Shown in pieces: positions 9,493 to 18,612 of a DNA stretch of 64,000 nt. Position 1 is the stretch's first letter. Every line of letters starts with the position of its first letter. The stretch lies in assembly GCA_964472395.1 (NCBI GenBank), contig CAYYMM010000002.1, positions 48,150 through 112,149 on the forward strand, read 5' to 3'. The translations under genes and the position numbers were made by a program. The notes beneath the pieces were generated by a model. That model was not told the origin of the DNA. It did not search any database and saw only the letters and a program-made list of their open reading frames with translations. The DNA is from an uncultured bacterium. Its GTDB lineage: Bacteria; CSSED10-310; CALFER01.

Positions 9493-10922
9493 TCCGCCGA
9501 ACCGTCACGCTCACATTCATCACATTGCTCCTGTCGGCCTGCATCCACCGTCAACCCTCCCCGACCGACTCGATCAGGAACTATGTCGCAACGGCTTCCT
9601 GGGATCGGTCGGCGTCCTTTGATTTCCAGGAACCGGTTCAGATCACACTGTCGAACGGGTTGAGGGTATTTCTGATCGAACGCGAGGACATTCCGATGGT
9701 GTTTTTCCGGACGCAGGTCCGCGGAGGTTCCATCTATGATCCCCCCGGGAAGGAAGGCCTGGCCTATCTGACCGGCTGGGTCCTGACGGAAGGCGCCGAA
9801 GGAATCCCGGATGAAACGATCGACGCGATGATGGATTCTCGCGGAGCGATTCTGACCTCGCAGGCCTTCAGCGAATCCTGCATCGCCACGCTCACCTGCC
9901 TGAAGAAGGATCTCGGCGATGTCTTTCCGATGTACGCCGGTATCGTGTCGAAGCCCTCACTGGAAGAAACCAAGATCCGGGAATCGATCGGCTACCTGAA
10001 AGGTGATCTCCTCCGCCTGAAGAACGACCTGGGCGAACTCTGCTTCCGCCGCTTCCGCGCCGACGTTTTCGGCGACCACCCCTACTCGAAACCCTACAAG
10101 GGAACGATCGCCGGACTCGATTCCATTGACCGCCGGGATGTTGTCGCGTTTTACGACCGCTATTACCAGCCCTCGGATGCGGTCCTGATCGCAGTGGGGG
10201 CGATCACGGAAACGGAACTCAGAACGCTGTGCGAGAAACACCTGTCCAACTGGACATCGCGCACTGCGGACCCGCTCCCGGAGATCGCTCCGCCCGAACC
10301 CCTTCATGGGATCACCATCCGGATCATCGATCAGGAAGCCGTACAGGCCCAGATCGCACTGGGCCACATCGGCATCGATCGCCGCAATCCTGACCAGTTC
10401 GCCCTGGATGTGCTGAACGAAATTCTCGGCGGAGGCAGTCTCGCGTCGCGCCTGGGCAACGAAGTCCGGGTCAACCGCGGCCTGACATACGGGATCTACA
10501 GTTTTTTTGCCCGGCGTGAGTTTACAGGCGAATTCGCGGTGTCGACCTTCACCAAGGTCGAGTCGGTCGGGCAGGTGGTCGAGGTGATTCTGAACGAATT
10601 GAGAAAAATCCGAGATACAGCGGTTTCGGAGGAGGAACTTCGAGACGCGAAGCAGGGGCTGATCGGGCAGTTTCCGTTGCGTTTCGAGGAGTACGAGGGG
10701 CTGGCCGAGGAAATCAGCTATCTGTATTACAACAATCTGCCGATCGAATACGTCAAAGAGTATTCACAGCGCGTCGCGGCGATCTCCGCCGATGACCTGC
10801 AGCAGGCCGCCCGCACCTATATCGATCCCGACAACCTGACCATCACGGTGGTCGGCCCGGCGGATCGCATCGAACCTCAACTCCGATCGCTCGGCGTCGT
10901 CGAACGCGTCCCGGCGATCTGA
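9489..10922 (+). CDS. M16 peptidase non-catalytic subunit, probable lipoprotein
   Basis: LLSA-C lipobox. No HXXEH. LGGGSLASRL...R..RGLTY motif. ATGA overlap with the upstream gene. Confidence 0.88.
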   Translation: MIRRTVTLTFITLLLSACIHRQPSPTDSIRNYVATASWDRSASFDFQEPVQITLSNGLRVFLIEREDIPMVFFRTQVRGGSIYDPPGKEGLAYLTGWVLTEGAEGIPDETIDAMMDSRGAILTSQAFSESCIATLTCLKKDLGDVFPMYAGIVSKPSLEETKIRESIGYLKGDLLRLKNDLGELCFRRFRADVFGDHPYSKPYKGTIAGLDSIDRRDVVAFYDRYYQPSDAVLIAVGAITETELRTLCEKHLSNWTSRTADPLPEIAPPEPLHGITIRIIDQEAVQAQIALGHIGIDRRNPDQFALDVLNEILGGGSLASRLGNEVRVNRGLTYGIYSFFARREFTGEFAVSTFTKVESVGQVVEVILNELRKIRDTAVSEEELRDAKQGLIGQFPLRFEEYEGLAEEISYLYYNNLPIEYVKEYSQRVAAISADDLQQAARTYIDPDNLTITVVGPADRIEPQLRSLGVVERVPAI

Positions 10923-10940
10923 TCGGAAAGGACCCCTCCC

Positions 10941-12461
10941 ATGACGGACTTCCGGAAACCATCCGATGAAAAAGAACTCGTCGCCATGCTCGATTCGATC
11001 GACGCCCGCCTCGAAGAGATCGGCGCCCGTTCGAGTCTCGCGCACTTCAACCGCCTCACCGGTGCACCTCACGAAGATCTCGAAGCGCTGAATCAGGAAT
11101 CCGCCGCAATCATGCTCAATGCGGATTATCGCGACACGATCGAACACTGGCGCTCCCGATCACTCTCCCCGCGTCTCATGCGCAGACTCGACCTATTCCA
11201 TCGGGCATTCCGGAGCGCTCGGATCGACAACAATCCTGGCCTGTTTGCGCTGGCAAACCGGATTGAAGAAAAGATCATCCGCTTCCAGCCGGAACTCGAC
11301 GGTGTGAAGTTGTCCCGCAGCGATCTGGGCAAGGTGCTGGAAACCGAACCGGATCGAGCCCGGCGAGAGAGAGCCTATCGCGCCAACAAGGCACTCGGCG
11401 AACTGATCGAGCAAGATGTTCTTGAACTGTTCGCATATCGAAACGATCTGGCGAAAGAACTCGGTGCCGCCACCTACGTCGATCTCGGTCTGGAACTCGC
11501 TGACCTGAAGGAATCCGAACTCGATATGCTGTTCGACCAGGTCCGGCTCGCCACCGAGGATCTCTGGAATGACAGCCTGTCCGATATCGCGCATCAACTC
11601 GGCATCGCATCCCCCGCTCCTTGGGATTTCAGCTACTACATCCACTCGGTGCTCCCCTCCCCTCCGATCTCGAAATTCCCCAAAAGCGGCATCATCCCGA
11701 CATTCCGGAAATGGCTCGCGCGCTGCGGCGGCGATTTGGGCAAACTCCCGATCGAGGTCATCGAACAGGACATCCCGTATGGTGGTTTGTGCGTCCCGAT
11801 CCGAATGGGCAAGGACATCCGGATTCTGACAAATCCCCGCGATGGCCTGTCCTGGTACAATATTCTCTTCCACGAATTCGGCCACGGCATCCACGCCAGC
11901 CTGATCGATACGTCCTCACATCTCGTCGCGGGAGGCGATCCGTCCTTCTTCTGGGAGGGGATCGCAGGGGTATTCCAGTGGATCACCGACATGCCGGAAT
12001 TCCTGAAGGACGAGTTCGGGATGACGGATCGTGAGATCGCCGATGTGGTGCGGCAGAACCGGGTCCGGAACATCCTGGGTTACCGGAACATCGCCGTCGC
12101 CTGCCGTCTCGAATGGGCCATCTACCGCCGCACCCCCGATCCCCGGAAGTATCTGGAGAATCTGCTGCGTGACACCATTGGCATCGAGCCGCCGGAACGA
12201 CCCTCCTGGGCCGGCGATACCCTGTACACCACGCACCCGCTTTACCATCAGAATTACCTGCTGATGGATGTCATGGCGACCCAGACGATCGACGCGGTCC
12301 GGCGCTCCTTCGGCACGTATCCGGCCCCGGGGATGTTCGACTTCGTCGTCGATCATTATGTTCGAGACGGTGGATGGAAACCCTGGCGGGACAAGATTGC
12401 CGCGGCAACCGGCTCGCCGCTGACCGCTCAGGCGCTCGGCCACTACCTGACGGATCATTGA
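10941..12461 (+). CDS. Gluzincin metallopeptidase (M3/M2-like), cytoplasmic
   Basis: HEFGH zinc motif followed by FWEGIA third-ligand region. No signal peptide. Confidence 0.8.
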   Translation: MTDFRKPSDEKELVAMLDSIDARLEEIGARSSLAHFNRLTGAPHEDLEALNQESAAIMLNADYRDTIEHWRSRSLSPRLMRRLDLFHRAFRSARIDNNPGLFALANRIEEKIIRFQPELDGVKLSRSDLGKVLETEPDRARRERAYRANKALGELIEQDVLELFAYRNDLAKELGAATYVDLGLELADLKESELDMLFDQVRLATEDLWNDSLSDIAHQLGIASPAPWDFSYYIHSVLPSPPISKFPKSGIIPTFRKWLARCGGDLGKLPIEVIEQDIPYGGLCVPIRMGKDIRILTNPRDGLSWYNILFHEFGHGIHASLIDTSSHLVAGGDPSFFWEGIAGVFQWITDMPEFLKDEFGMTDREIADVVRQNRVRNILGYRNIAVACRLEWAIYRRTPDPRKYLENLLRDTIGIEPPERPSWAGDTLYTTHPLYHQNYLLMDVMATQTIDAVRRSFGTYPAPGMFDFVVDHYVRDGGWKPWRDKIAAATGSPLTAQALGHYLTDH

Positions 12462-12469
12462 TCGCATCG

Positions 12470-15349
12470 ATGAAGGCCGCGCGGATCCTGTCTGTTTGCC
12501 TGTCGGTTCTTCTGATCCCTGTTGTGTCGCATGCCTTCGGGGCAATCAACGTTCGCCTCCTGACCGAGCCGATCTCGGCGGCTGCTGGCATCGACGTCAC
12601 GCTCGAAACCGCCTTTCAGAAACCGATGCGGAATGCGACGGGGCAGACGGGGCAGGCCTGGTTCTTTGAGCTGCCGCCGGGCGATTACACCGTTTCGTTG
12701 ACTCCGGAAGAAGGCCGTCCGCGGCTCCGCATCCCGGTGTCGCTCGGCATCAACGCCGTCATCATCGTCGATGTGTTGTGCAGTGCTTGCGACGATGCCG
12801 ATCGGGTCTGCATCCGCCGTGAAAAACTGCCGGATTCGCCGGCGGTCGTGACGGCATCCGAAATAGACTGGCTGCCGGAAGGCTCGAACCTCACCGGCCT
12901 GTTCCGCTCGGTACCCTGGTCGTTCGGCGAGCAAACCCATCATGTGCTCGGGGGCTCCCCGAACGATCTCGGATTGATCATCGACGGCATGGACCTGAGC
13001 GATCCGGCGGGTCGGGTATGGATTCCGGGATACTCGGTGCAGTCGTTCGATCAGATGCTCCTTCACGGGGTGGCTCTGCCGATCGGCGACACCCCGGATC
13101 GCACGTCGATTCTCGAGATCACCCCTCGTCAGCCCGCGCAGCGTCTCCATCTGTTCGCCCGGTTCAATCAATCTCACGGAGAACTCCTCAACCTGCCAGG
13201 TTCCACACGCCTGATTCAGGGCGGAGATGGGATTGAGTCGGAAGCCGCGCTGGCCGGACCGGTCTGGTCGGATCGGATCTGGTTCATGGGAAGTTTCCGC
13301 GGTCTGGCCCGGGCGTTGCCCGACCCGGAACAGGTCTCGCCGCAGGACAACTGGAGGCAGCATGAATCGGCTGTCACCGGGAACGCCCTGGCGGGTCAGC
13401 TTCTGTTTCGCCTGTTCGATGAACAGCGCGTGAGGATCATGTATGGTCTCGAGGGATATCGGTATGATGACATCGTGCCGACGGACACCAGTTCGCCGGA
13501 TGCCGCGACGGATTTCCTTGTCGAGCGGCCTTTCGGTCTGATCCGCTGGTCCTGGCGCATTTCCCCCCGCTGGAGTCTCGGGGCAATGGCCGGACAGCTG
13601 CTCGACCGGGACGAATCGAGCCCCCGGAACCGGTCACGATCGGATCCGACTGATGCGTCATTTCGGGATATGCGGACCGATCGCTACTACAACAATGGAG
13701 CGAACTGGACAGAAGACGAGCGCAGGCGAATGATCGCGTCCTTCCGGATCCATTACTCCAACGATGACCTCGCGGGCGTCCACCGACTGACTCTCGGAGC
13801 AGGCTGGCAGCGGGACCGGCAGCGGATCGAAGAGACTGCCGCGGGAGGGGCCTGGTATGAGTTTACGGAAACGGACGCGCTTCGTGAGCGCTTGTCGGAC
13901 GAATCCGCAGTTCGCTTGAGAGGCGATTTCTTCCATTTTCATCTCGAAGACAAATGGTATCTTCTCGATCATGTGCTCCTGGAAGTCGGCGTCCAGTACA
14001 ACCGATCGATCTATTATGACAGTCGAGGGGATTCCGCATATCCAGGATGGGAATGGGGTGCATTCAAGGCCGGGGATTATCTGGACGATGACGGTGGGTA
14101 CAAGTGGACGAGTCAGATGAAGTTCGACACGATGTGGGCACCGAGAATCGGCTTCAAATGGGATATCTTCAAGGATAACTGCGCCGTGATCACGGCATCC
14201 TTCAGCCGATACTACGATCCGCTCGATCTGACGTTCCCCCGCGATGTCGAGGCGCGGGCGGGCGAACGCAGGATCCGTGAACGCTATACCGGTCCCGGGT
14301 GGACCGATGCGGACCAGAACGGCATTCCCGATGAACCGCACTTCTTCGCAAATGAAAACTGGAGTCCGGCATCGGGAGATGCTGAACCGGCGACCCTGCT
14401 CATCGATACCGAACTTGCGCCGCCGAGCACCGATGAAGTCGCCGTCGAATATCGTCATGACTGGAAAAACGGCATTCGGCTCTCGACCGGAATGATCGTC
14501 CGGGAAGCCAGTCAGATGATCGAGGATGTCGGGTTGTTCGGCGATGCGGACGGCAACATCGTCTGGACATATCGGGGGGCAGTTGACGCCGAGACCAACG
14601 AAATCAAAGCCGGAAAGCCGTATGATCCGTGCGTGGGCGATTATACCCGACGATACTCCTTCGTGACCAATCTGGAAGGTTCGCAGCGCCGATATTACGG
14701 GTTTCACATTCAGGCCGCCTACGAAGGCAGGAGGGTCAAGCTCCTGGGTGGGTATGTGCTGTCCAACACCATCGGAAAGGTGGTCGGAGTCGATCTCGAA
14801 ACCGGCGATCCAGCCTACCTGACATCGGCATTCGATTCGGTCACGTCATCCCGGAACCGCTGGGGAGATCTTCCCTGGTCGGCCCATCACCACCTGTCCG
14901 CCTCCGCATGGATCCTTGCGTTCGATCACCGCTGGTTCGAATGCCGTCTCGGGATCGCGGGTTACTGGAGGAGCGGATTTGCATCGACAGCATGGGAACC
15001 ACCTCCTCCGACATTCGATCCCGGGAACGCCTCCAACGATTTCGACGATCCCGACACATGGACCGGCACGCCGCCCGATGCTTCGAATTCCGAGATCTGG
15101 TATCCGGACGGTCGGGGCAATCGGAGGCTGGACCCGATCGTCAATGTCGATCTGTCCGTCCGCAACAGTTTTGAATTAGGTCCATCGAGCCGGCTGGGCC
15201 GACTGACTCTCCAGCTCGATGTGATGAATGCCACGAACAACAGGACGTATCGAGAAACCATCGAGGGTGGAGAATGGGCCTCCGACGAGGCTGATCGTCG
15301 CGAGGCATCCTCCCGCTGGTACCGCCTCGGCGTCAGCTATTCGTTCTGA
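12470..15349 (+). CDS. Divergent Oar-like TonB-dependent outer-membrane receptor
   Basis: Signal peptide from ATG 12470. C-terminal RLGVSYSF beta-signal. Shares many blocks with 29305-32319 and 32566-35547 (MKFD.M.APR.G..WD.F, IEDVGLF.D..GNIVWTY.G, GDLPWS..H). Confidence 0.8.
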   Translation: MKAARILSVCLSVLLIPVVSHAFGAINVRLLTEPISAAAGIDVTLETAFQKPMRNATGQTGQAWFFELPPGDYTVSLTPEEGRPRLRIPVSLGINAVIIVDVLCSACDDADRVCIRREKLPDSPAVVTASEIDWLPEGSNLTGLFRSVPWSFGEQTHHVLGGSPNDLGLIIDGMDLSDPAGRVWIPGYSVQSFDQMLLHGVALPIGDTPDRTSILEITPRQPAQRLHLFARFNQSHGELLNLPGSTRLIQGGDGIESEAALAGPVWSDRIWFMGSFRGLARALPDPEQVSPQDNWRQHESAVTGNALAGQLLFRLFDEQRVRIMYGLEGYRYDDIVPTDTSSPDAATDFLVERPFGLIRWSWRISPRWSLGAMAGQLLDRDESSPRNRSRSDPTDASFRDMRTDRYYNNGANWTEDERRRMIASFRIHYSNDDLAGVHRLTLGAGWQRDRQRIEETAAGGAWYEFTETDALRERLSDESAVRLRGDFFHFHLEDKWYLLDHVLLEVGVQYNRSIYYDSRGDSAYPGWEWGAFKAGDYLDDDGGYKWTSQMKFDTMWAPRIGFKWDIFKDNCAVITASFSRYYDPLDLTFPRDVEARAGERRIRERYTGPGWTDADQNGIPDEPHFFANENWSPASGDAEPATLLIDTELAPPSTDEVAVEYRHDWKNGIRLSTGMIVREASQMIEDVGLFGDADGNIVWTYRGAVDAETNEIKAGKPYDPCVGDYTRRYSFVTNLEGSQRRYYGFHIQAAYEGRRVKLLGGYVLSNTIGKVVGVDLETGDPAYLTSAFDSVTSSRNRWGDLPWSAHHHLSASAWILAFDHRWFECRLGIAGYWRSGFASTAWEPPPPTFDPGNASNDFDDPDTWTGTPPDASNSEIWYPDGRGNRRLDPIVNVDLSVRNSFELGPSSRLGRLTLQLDVMNATNNRTYRETIEGGEWASDEADRREASSRWYRLGVSYSF

Positions 15350-15470
15350 TGAACGGATCCGGACGATCTTGACTTTTCGGCCTGTTTCGGGCATTGATCA
15401 GAGTGCCATACCGGTTGGCGGATGATGCGATTCGCCGAACCCGAAAGTCTTTCCTTTTCAGGAGGTTCAC

Positions 15471-16763
15471 ATGCATAGTGCGCCGGTTCAGAGCATGCGG
15501 GAAGCACATACGCTTCTTGCCGAGATATCCTTTTCTCCGATCGAGTTGAAACGGGGATATGCTGGCCGATATCTCCGAATCGATCTCTCTCACAACGCGA
15601 TCGACATTCTCCCCGTAACCCAGCAGATGAAGGATCTGTGGATCGGGGGCAAAGGCTTCGACCTTTGGCTGACATTCAAGGAAATCTCTGCCGGAACAAA
15701 GTGGGACAGCCCCGAAAACCCGATCTGTTTTTCATCGGGCCCTCTGGGTGGGACCGCTGCGTTTCCGGGTTCAGGCAAAACACTGGTCACGGCCATCTCG
15801 CCGCAGACATTTTCGATGATGGATTGCAACGTCGGCGGATATTTCGGGCCTTTCCTGAAGTTTGCGGGGTTTGATGCTCTGGTTCTGATCGGGAAGGCGT
15901 CCGAGGAAACGATCTGTGTGATCGATTCCAAAAACGGATCGATCCGAATCGAGACCGCGCCGATGGAAAGCATCGATTCGCATGTCGTGGCGGAAGAATT
16001 GACGGAGATGTATGCCGATGATGAGATGGATAAGCGGAACATCGCGGTGGTGTCCGCGGGCCGGGCTGCCTCGCACGCGAGGATCGGCTGTCTGAACTTT
16101 TCGTTCTATGACTGGCGACGCCGGCTTCCCCGGTTCAAGCAGGCCGGGCGCGGCGGCATCGGCCGGGTTTTCCGCGATAAAAAACTGAAAGCGCTCGTGC
16201 TGAAAAGCCGCCGGATGCAACCGGAATGGACCATTGAAAAAGGCCCCATTCAATATCCCGTCATCGATTCCCCATGTGTCTCGTGTTCATCCGGAAATGA
16301 AACAACTGCCGTCCAGCGGATCGCAGCAGCATACGGATGCAATCCGGATTACGTGAACGAAATGCTCCAGGATATTCAGGACGAGATGCGGTACATCTCG
16401 AAAAGCGCGATCACCGAATTGGGGCGCCTGACCGGAATCCCCCGATCCTATCTGTTCCACATCGCGACATCGTCGGGGTACTTCAGTCTGACTCCGAAAG
16501 GGAAGCATGAGATCAAGGTTTGCATGGGGAATGCCTGCAAGGCCAGGGGATCCGAGAACGTGCTTGAGGCTTTCGAGCGCGAACTCGGTATTCGACGCGG
16601 GGAGACCACTTCCGATCTGCTGTTCAGCATCGAAGGCGTCCCGTGTCTCGGCTGCTGCAATCTCGCCCCCGCCGTCCGTATCGGGCACGATCTCCACGGA
16701 GGGGTCCAGCAGGCGGCTGTCGGCAAACTCCTCAAAAAATATCGCGATGGAGGTCAGGTATGA
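15471..16763 (+). CDS. Fusion of the aldehyde:ferredoxin oxidoreductase (AOR/WOR) N-terminal domain with a NuoE/HydC-like [2Fe-2S] domain
   Basis: GGKG, SGPLGG, TAISPQT, GGYFGPFLKFAGFDALV and AGRGGIG...KKLKALV (AOR_N), then CMGNAC...CLGCC (HydC/NuoE). GGAGG RBS at 15461. Confidence 0.9.
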   Translation: MHSAPVQSMREAHTLLAEISFSPIELKRGYAGRYLRIDLSHNAIDILPVTQQMKDLWIGGKGFDLWLTFKEISAGTKWDSPENPICFSSGPLGGTAAFPGSGKTLVTAISPQTFSMMDCNVGGYFGPFLKFAGFDALVLIGKASEETICVIDSKNGSIRIETAPMESIDSHVVAEELTEMYADDEMDKRNIAVVSAGRAASHARIGCLNFSFYDWRRRLPRFKQAGRGGIGRVFRDKKLKALVLKSRRMQPEWTIEKGPIQYPVIDSPCVSCSSGNETTAVQRIAAAYGCNPDYVNEMLQDIQDEMRYISKSAITELGRLTGIPRSYLFHIATSSGYFSLTPKGKHEIKVCMGNACKARGSENVLEAFERELGIRRGETTSDLLFSIEGVPCLGCCNLAPAVRIGHDLHGGVQQAAVGKLLKKYRDGGQV

Positions 16764-18610
16764 ATCAGCCCAATTCCAGCACGACGGAAACCAATCAGGT
16801 AATCAGCCAGCCCCGGGATTTTCGCGGAGAGTTACTGATCTGTTCGGGTTCGGGCTGCTCGGCCAATGCTTCGGACGAAATCCGCAAGGAACTCGTTCGC
16901 CTGCTATCTGAAAACAACCTCTCGAGCGCTTACAGGATCAGCATCACAGGCTGTCATGGATTCTGCGCCGCAGGGCCGATCATGATCGTTCAGCCGGAGG
17001 GGATCTTCTACCAGAAACTCACGATCAAAGTCCTCGATCGGATCGTCAGGGAGCACCTGGTCGAGGGAAAACCGGTGGAAACACTGCTGTTCAGGCATAC
17101 CGTCGGAACGATCCCGAAACGCGAGGATATTCCCTTCTTCAGCGGACAGGTGCTGATCTCACAGAGAAACAAAGGACTGATCGATCCGGAATCCATCGAT
17201 TCCTACATCGGCCGCGACGGATATCTCGCATTCACCCGGACACTCCGGAACCGACAGCCGGAGGAGGTGATCCAGTCCATCATCGATTCGGGATTACGAG
17301 GCCGCGGCGGCGGTGGATTCCCGACAGGACTCAAATGGCGTGCCTGTCGCGATGCGGCGGTTTCGTCGGGGCTCTCCCCCATCATTGTATGCAATGCGGA
17401 TCACGGCATGATGCAGCTCGAATCCGACCCGCATTCCGTCATCGAGGGCATGCTGATCGGCGCGTTCGCAATCGGTGCGTCCGAAGGCATCATCTACCTT
17501 CGGAACACCTACCATCTCGCGCGGAAACGCCTCGAAATCGCACTCGCACAGGCCACGGAAAAAGGGTTCCTGGGAACCCGGATCGCACAGAGTGGAATGT
17601 CGTTCACCATCCGGATCCACCGGGGCGCCGGAGCGTTTATCGGTGGCGAGTCCTCGTCGGTCATCGCGTCGATTTCGGGATCGATCCCCGAACCGCACGC
17701 CAAGACGATCCGAAATGCTGTGAAAGGTGTTCACGGGCGTCCGACCGTCGTGAACAACGTCGAGACATGGGCGACGGTGCCGGTGATCATGCACAAGGGA
17801 GCGGACTGGTTCGCGGCCATCGGCACGGGAATCCGGAAGGGTGAACCCCTGAGCGGATCGTCAGGAACAAAGGTGTTTTCGCTGATCGGAGACATCACGT
17901 ATCCCGGTCAGATCGAAATCCCGCTCGGGACATCGCTCGGTGATGTCATTACCCGTTTCGGCGGAGGCGTTCCAAGGCAGATTCCCCTGAAAGCCGTACA
18001 GATCGGCGGACCGACCGGCGGATACATCCCGACCTCCCGTCTCGACCTGAAACTCGATTTCGATTCGCTGAAGGCAGCCGGCACGATTCTCGGATCCGGC
18101 GAACTCATTGTCCTGAGTGAAAAGAAGTGTATCGCGGATTCTCTGAAAAACACGATCGAGTTTCTCGCCGACGAATCCTGCGGCCAGTGTACGCCCTGTC
18201 GCGAGGGTTTGAATGTTGCACGGAGTATTCTCCGCCGGATCACGGAAGGCAACGCCACGACGGATGATCTCGATGGTCTGCGCGAACTGGCTCTGACGAT
18301 GCGAGAGACGAGCATGTGTCAGTTCGGTGTGACGGCCGCCAATCCGATCCTCACCGCGCTCGACTCGTTCCTGCCCGAACTGCGTGCTCATATCGATCAG
18401 AAGAGATGCCCCGCGCGAGTCTGCAAGTCGCTGATCCGCTATGAAATCAATGCTGAGCGTTGTACGGGGTGCACGATGTGTGCGCGCGCCTGTCCGGTAT
18501 CGGTCATTTCGGGTGAACGGAAAAAACCCCACCGGATCGATTCAACGCGTTGCATTCGATGTGGAACCTGTTTTGAAGTGTGCAAGTTCGACGCAGTGGA
18601 GGTGAAATAG
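16760..18610 (+). CDS. NuoF/HydB(BfuB)-like subunit with degenerate FMN/NAD(H) site
   Basis: N-terminal CSGSGC...GCHGFC [2Fe-2S]. GLRGRGGGGFPTGLKW, ESCGQCTPCREG, H..QKRCPARVC and two C-terminal [4Fe-4S] motifs. ATGA overlap with the upstream gene. Confidence 0.9.
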   Translation: MNQPNSSTTETNQVISQPRDFRGELLICSGSGCSANASDEIRKELVRLLSENNLSSAYRISITGCHGFCAAGPIMIVQPEGIFYQKLTIKVLDRIVREHLVEGKPVETLLFRHTVGTIPKREDIPFFSGQVLISQRNKGLIDPESIDSYIGRDGYLAFTRTLRNRQPEEVIQSIIDSGLRGRGGGGFPTGLKWRACRDAAVSSGLSPIIVCNADHGMMQLESDPHSVIEGMLIGAFAIGASEGIIYLRNTYHLARKRLEIALAQATEKGFLGTRIAQSGMSFTIRIHRGAGAFIGGESSSVIASISGSIPEPHAKTIRNAVKGVHGRPTVVNNVETWATVPVIMHKGADWFAAIGTGIRKGEPLSGSSGTKVFSLIGDITYPGQIEIPLGTSLGDVITRFGGGVPRQIPLKAVQIGGPTGGYIPTSRLDLKLDFDSLKAAGTILGSGELIVLSEKKCIADSLKNTIEFLADESCGQCTPCREGLNVARSILRRITEGNATTDDLDGLRELALTMRETSMCQFGVTAANPILTALDSFLPELRAHIDQKRCPARVCKSLIRYEINAERCTGCTMCARACPVSVISGERKKPHRIDSTRCIRCGTCFEVCKFDAVEVK

Positions 18611-18612
18611 CC

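Noticed and set aside
16760-18610. Respiratory complex I nuoEFG or [FeFe]-hydrogenase annotation
   Set aside because: No other nuo genes nearby and no H-cluster motifs. The flanking fusions are to AOR domains.
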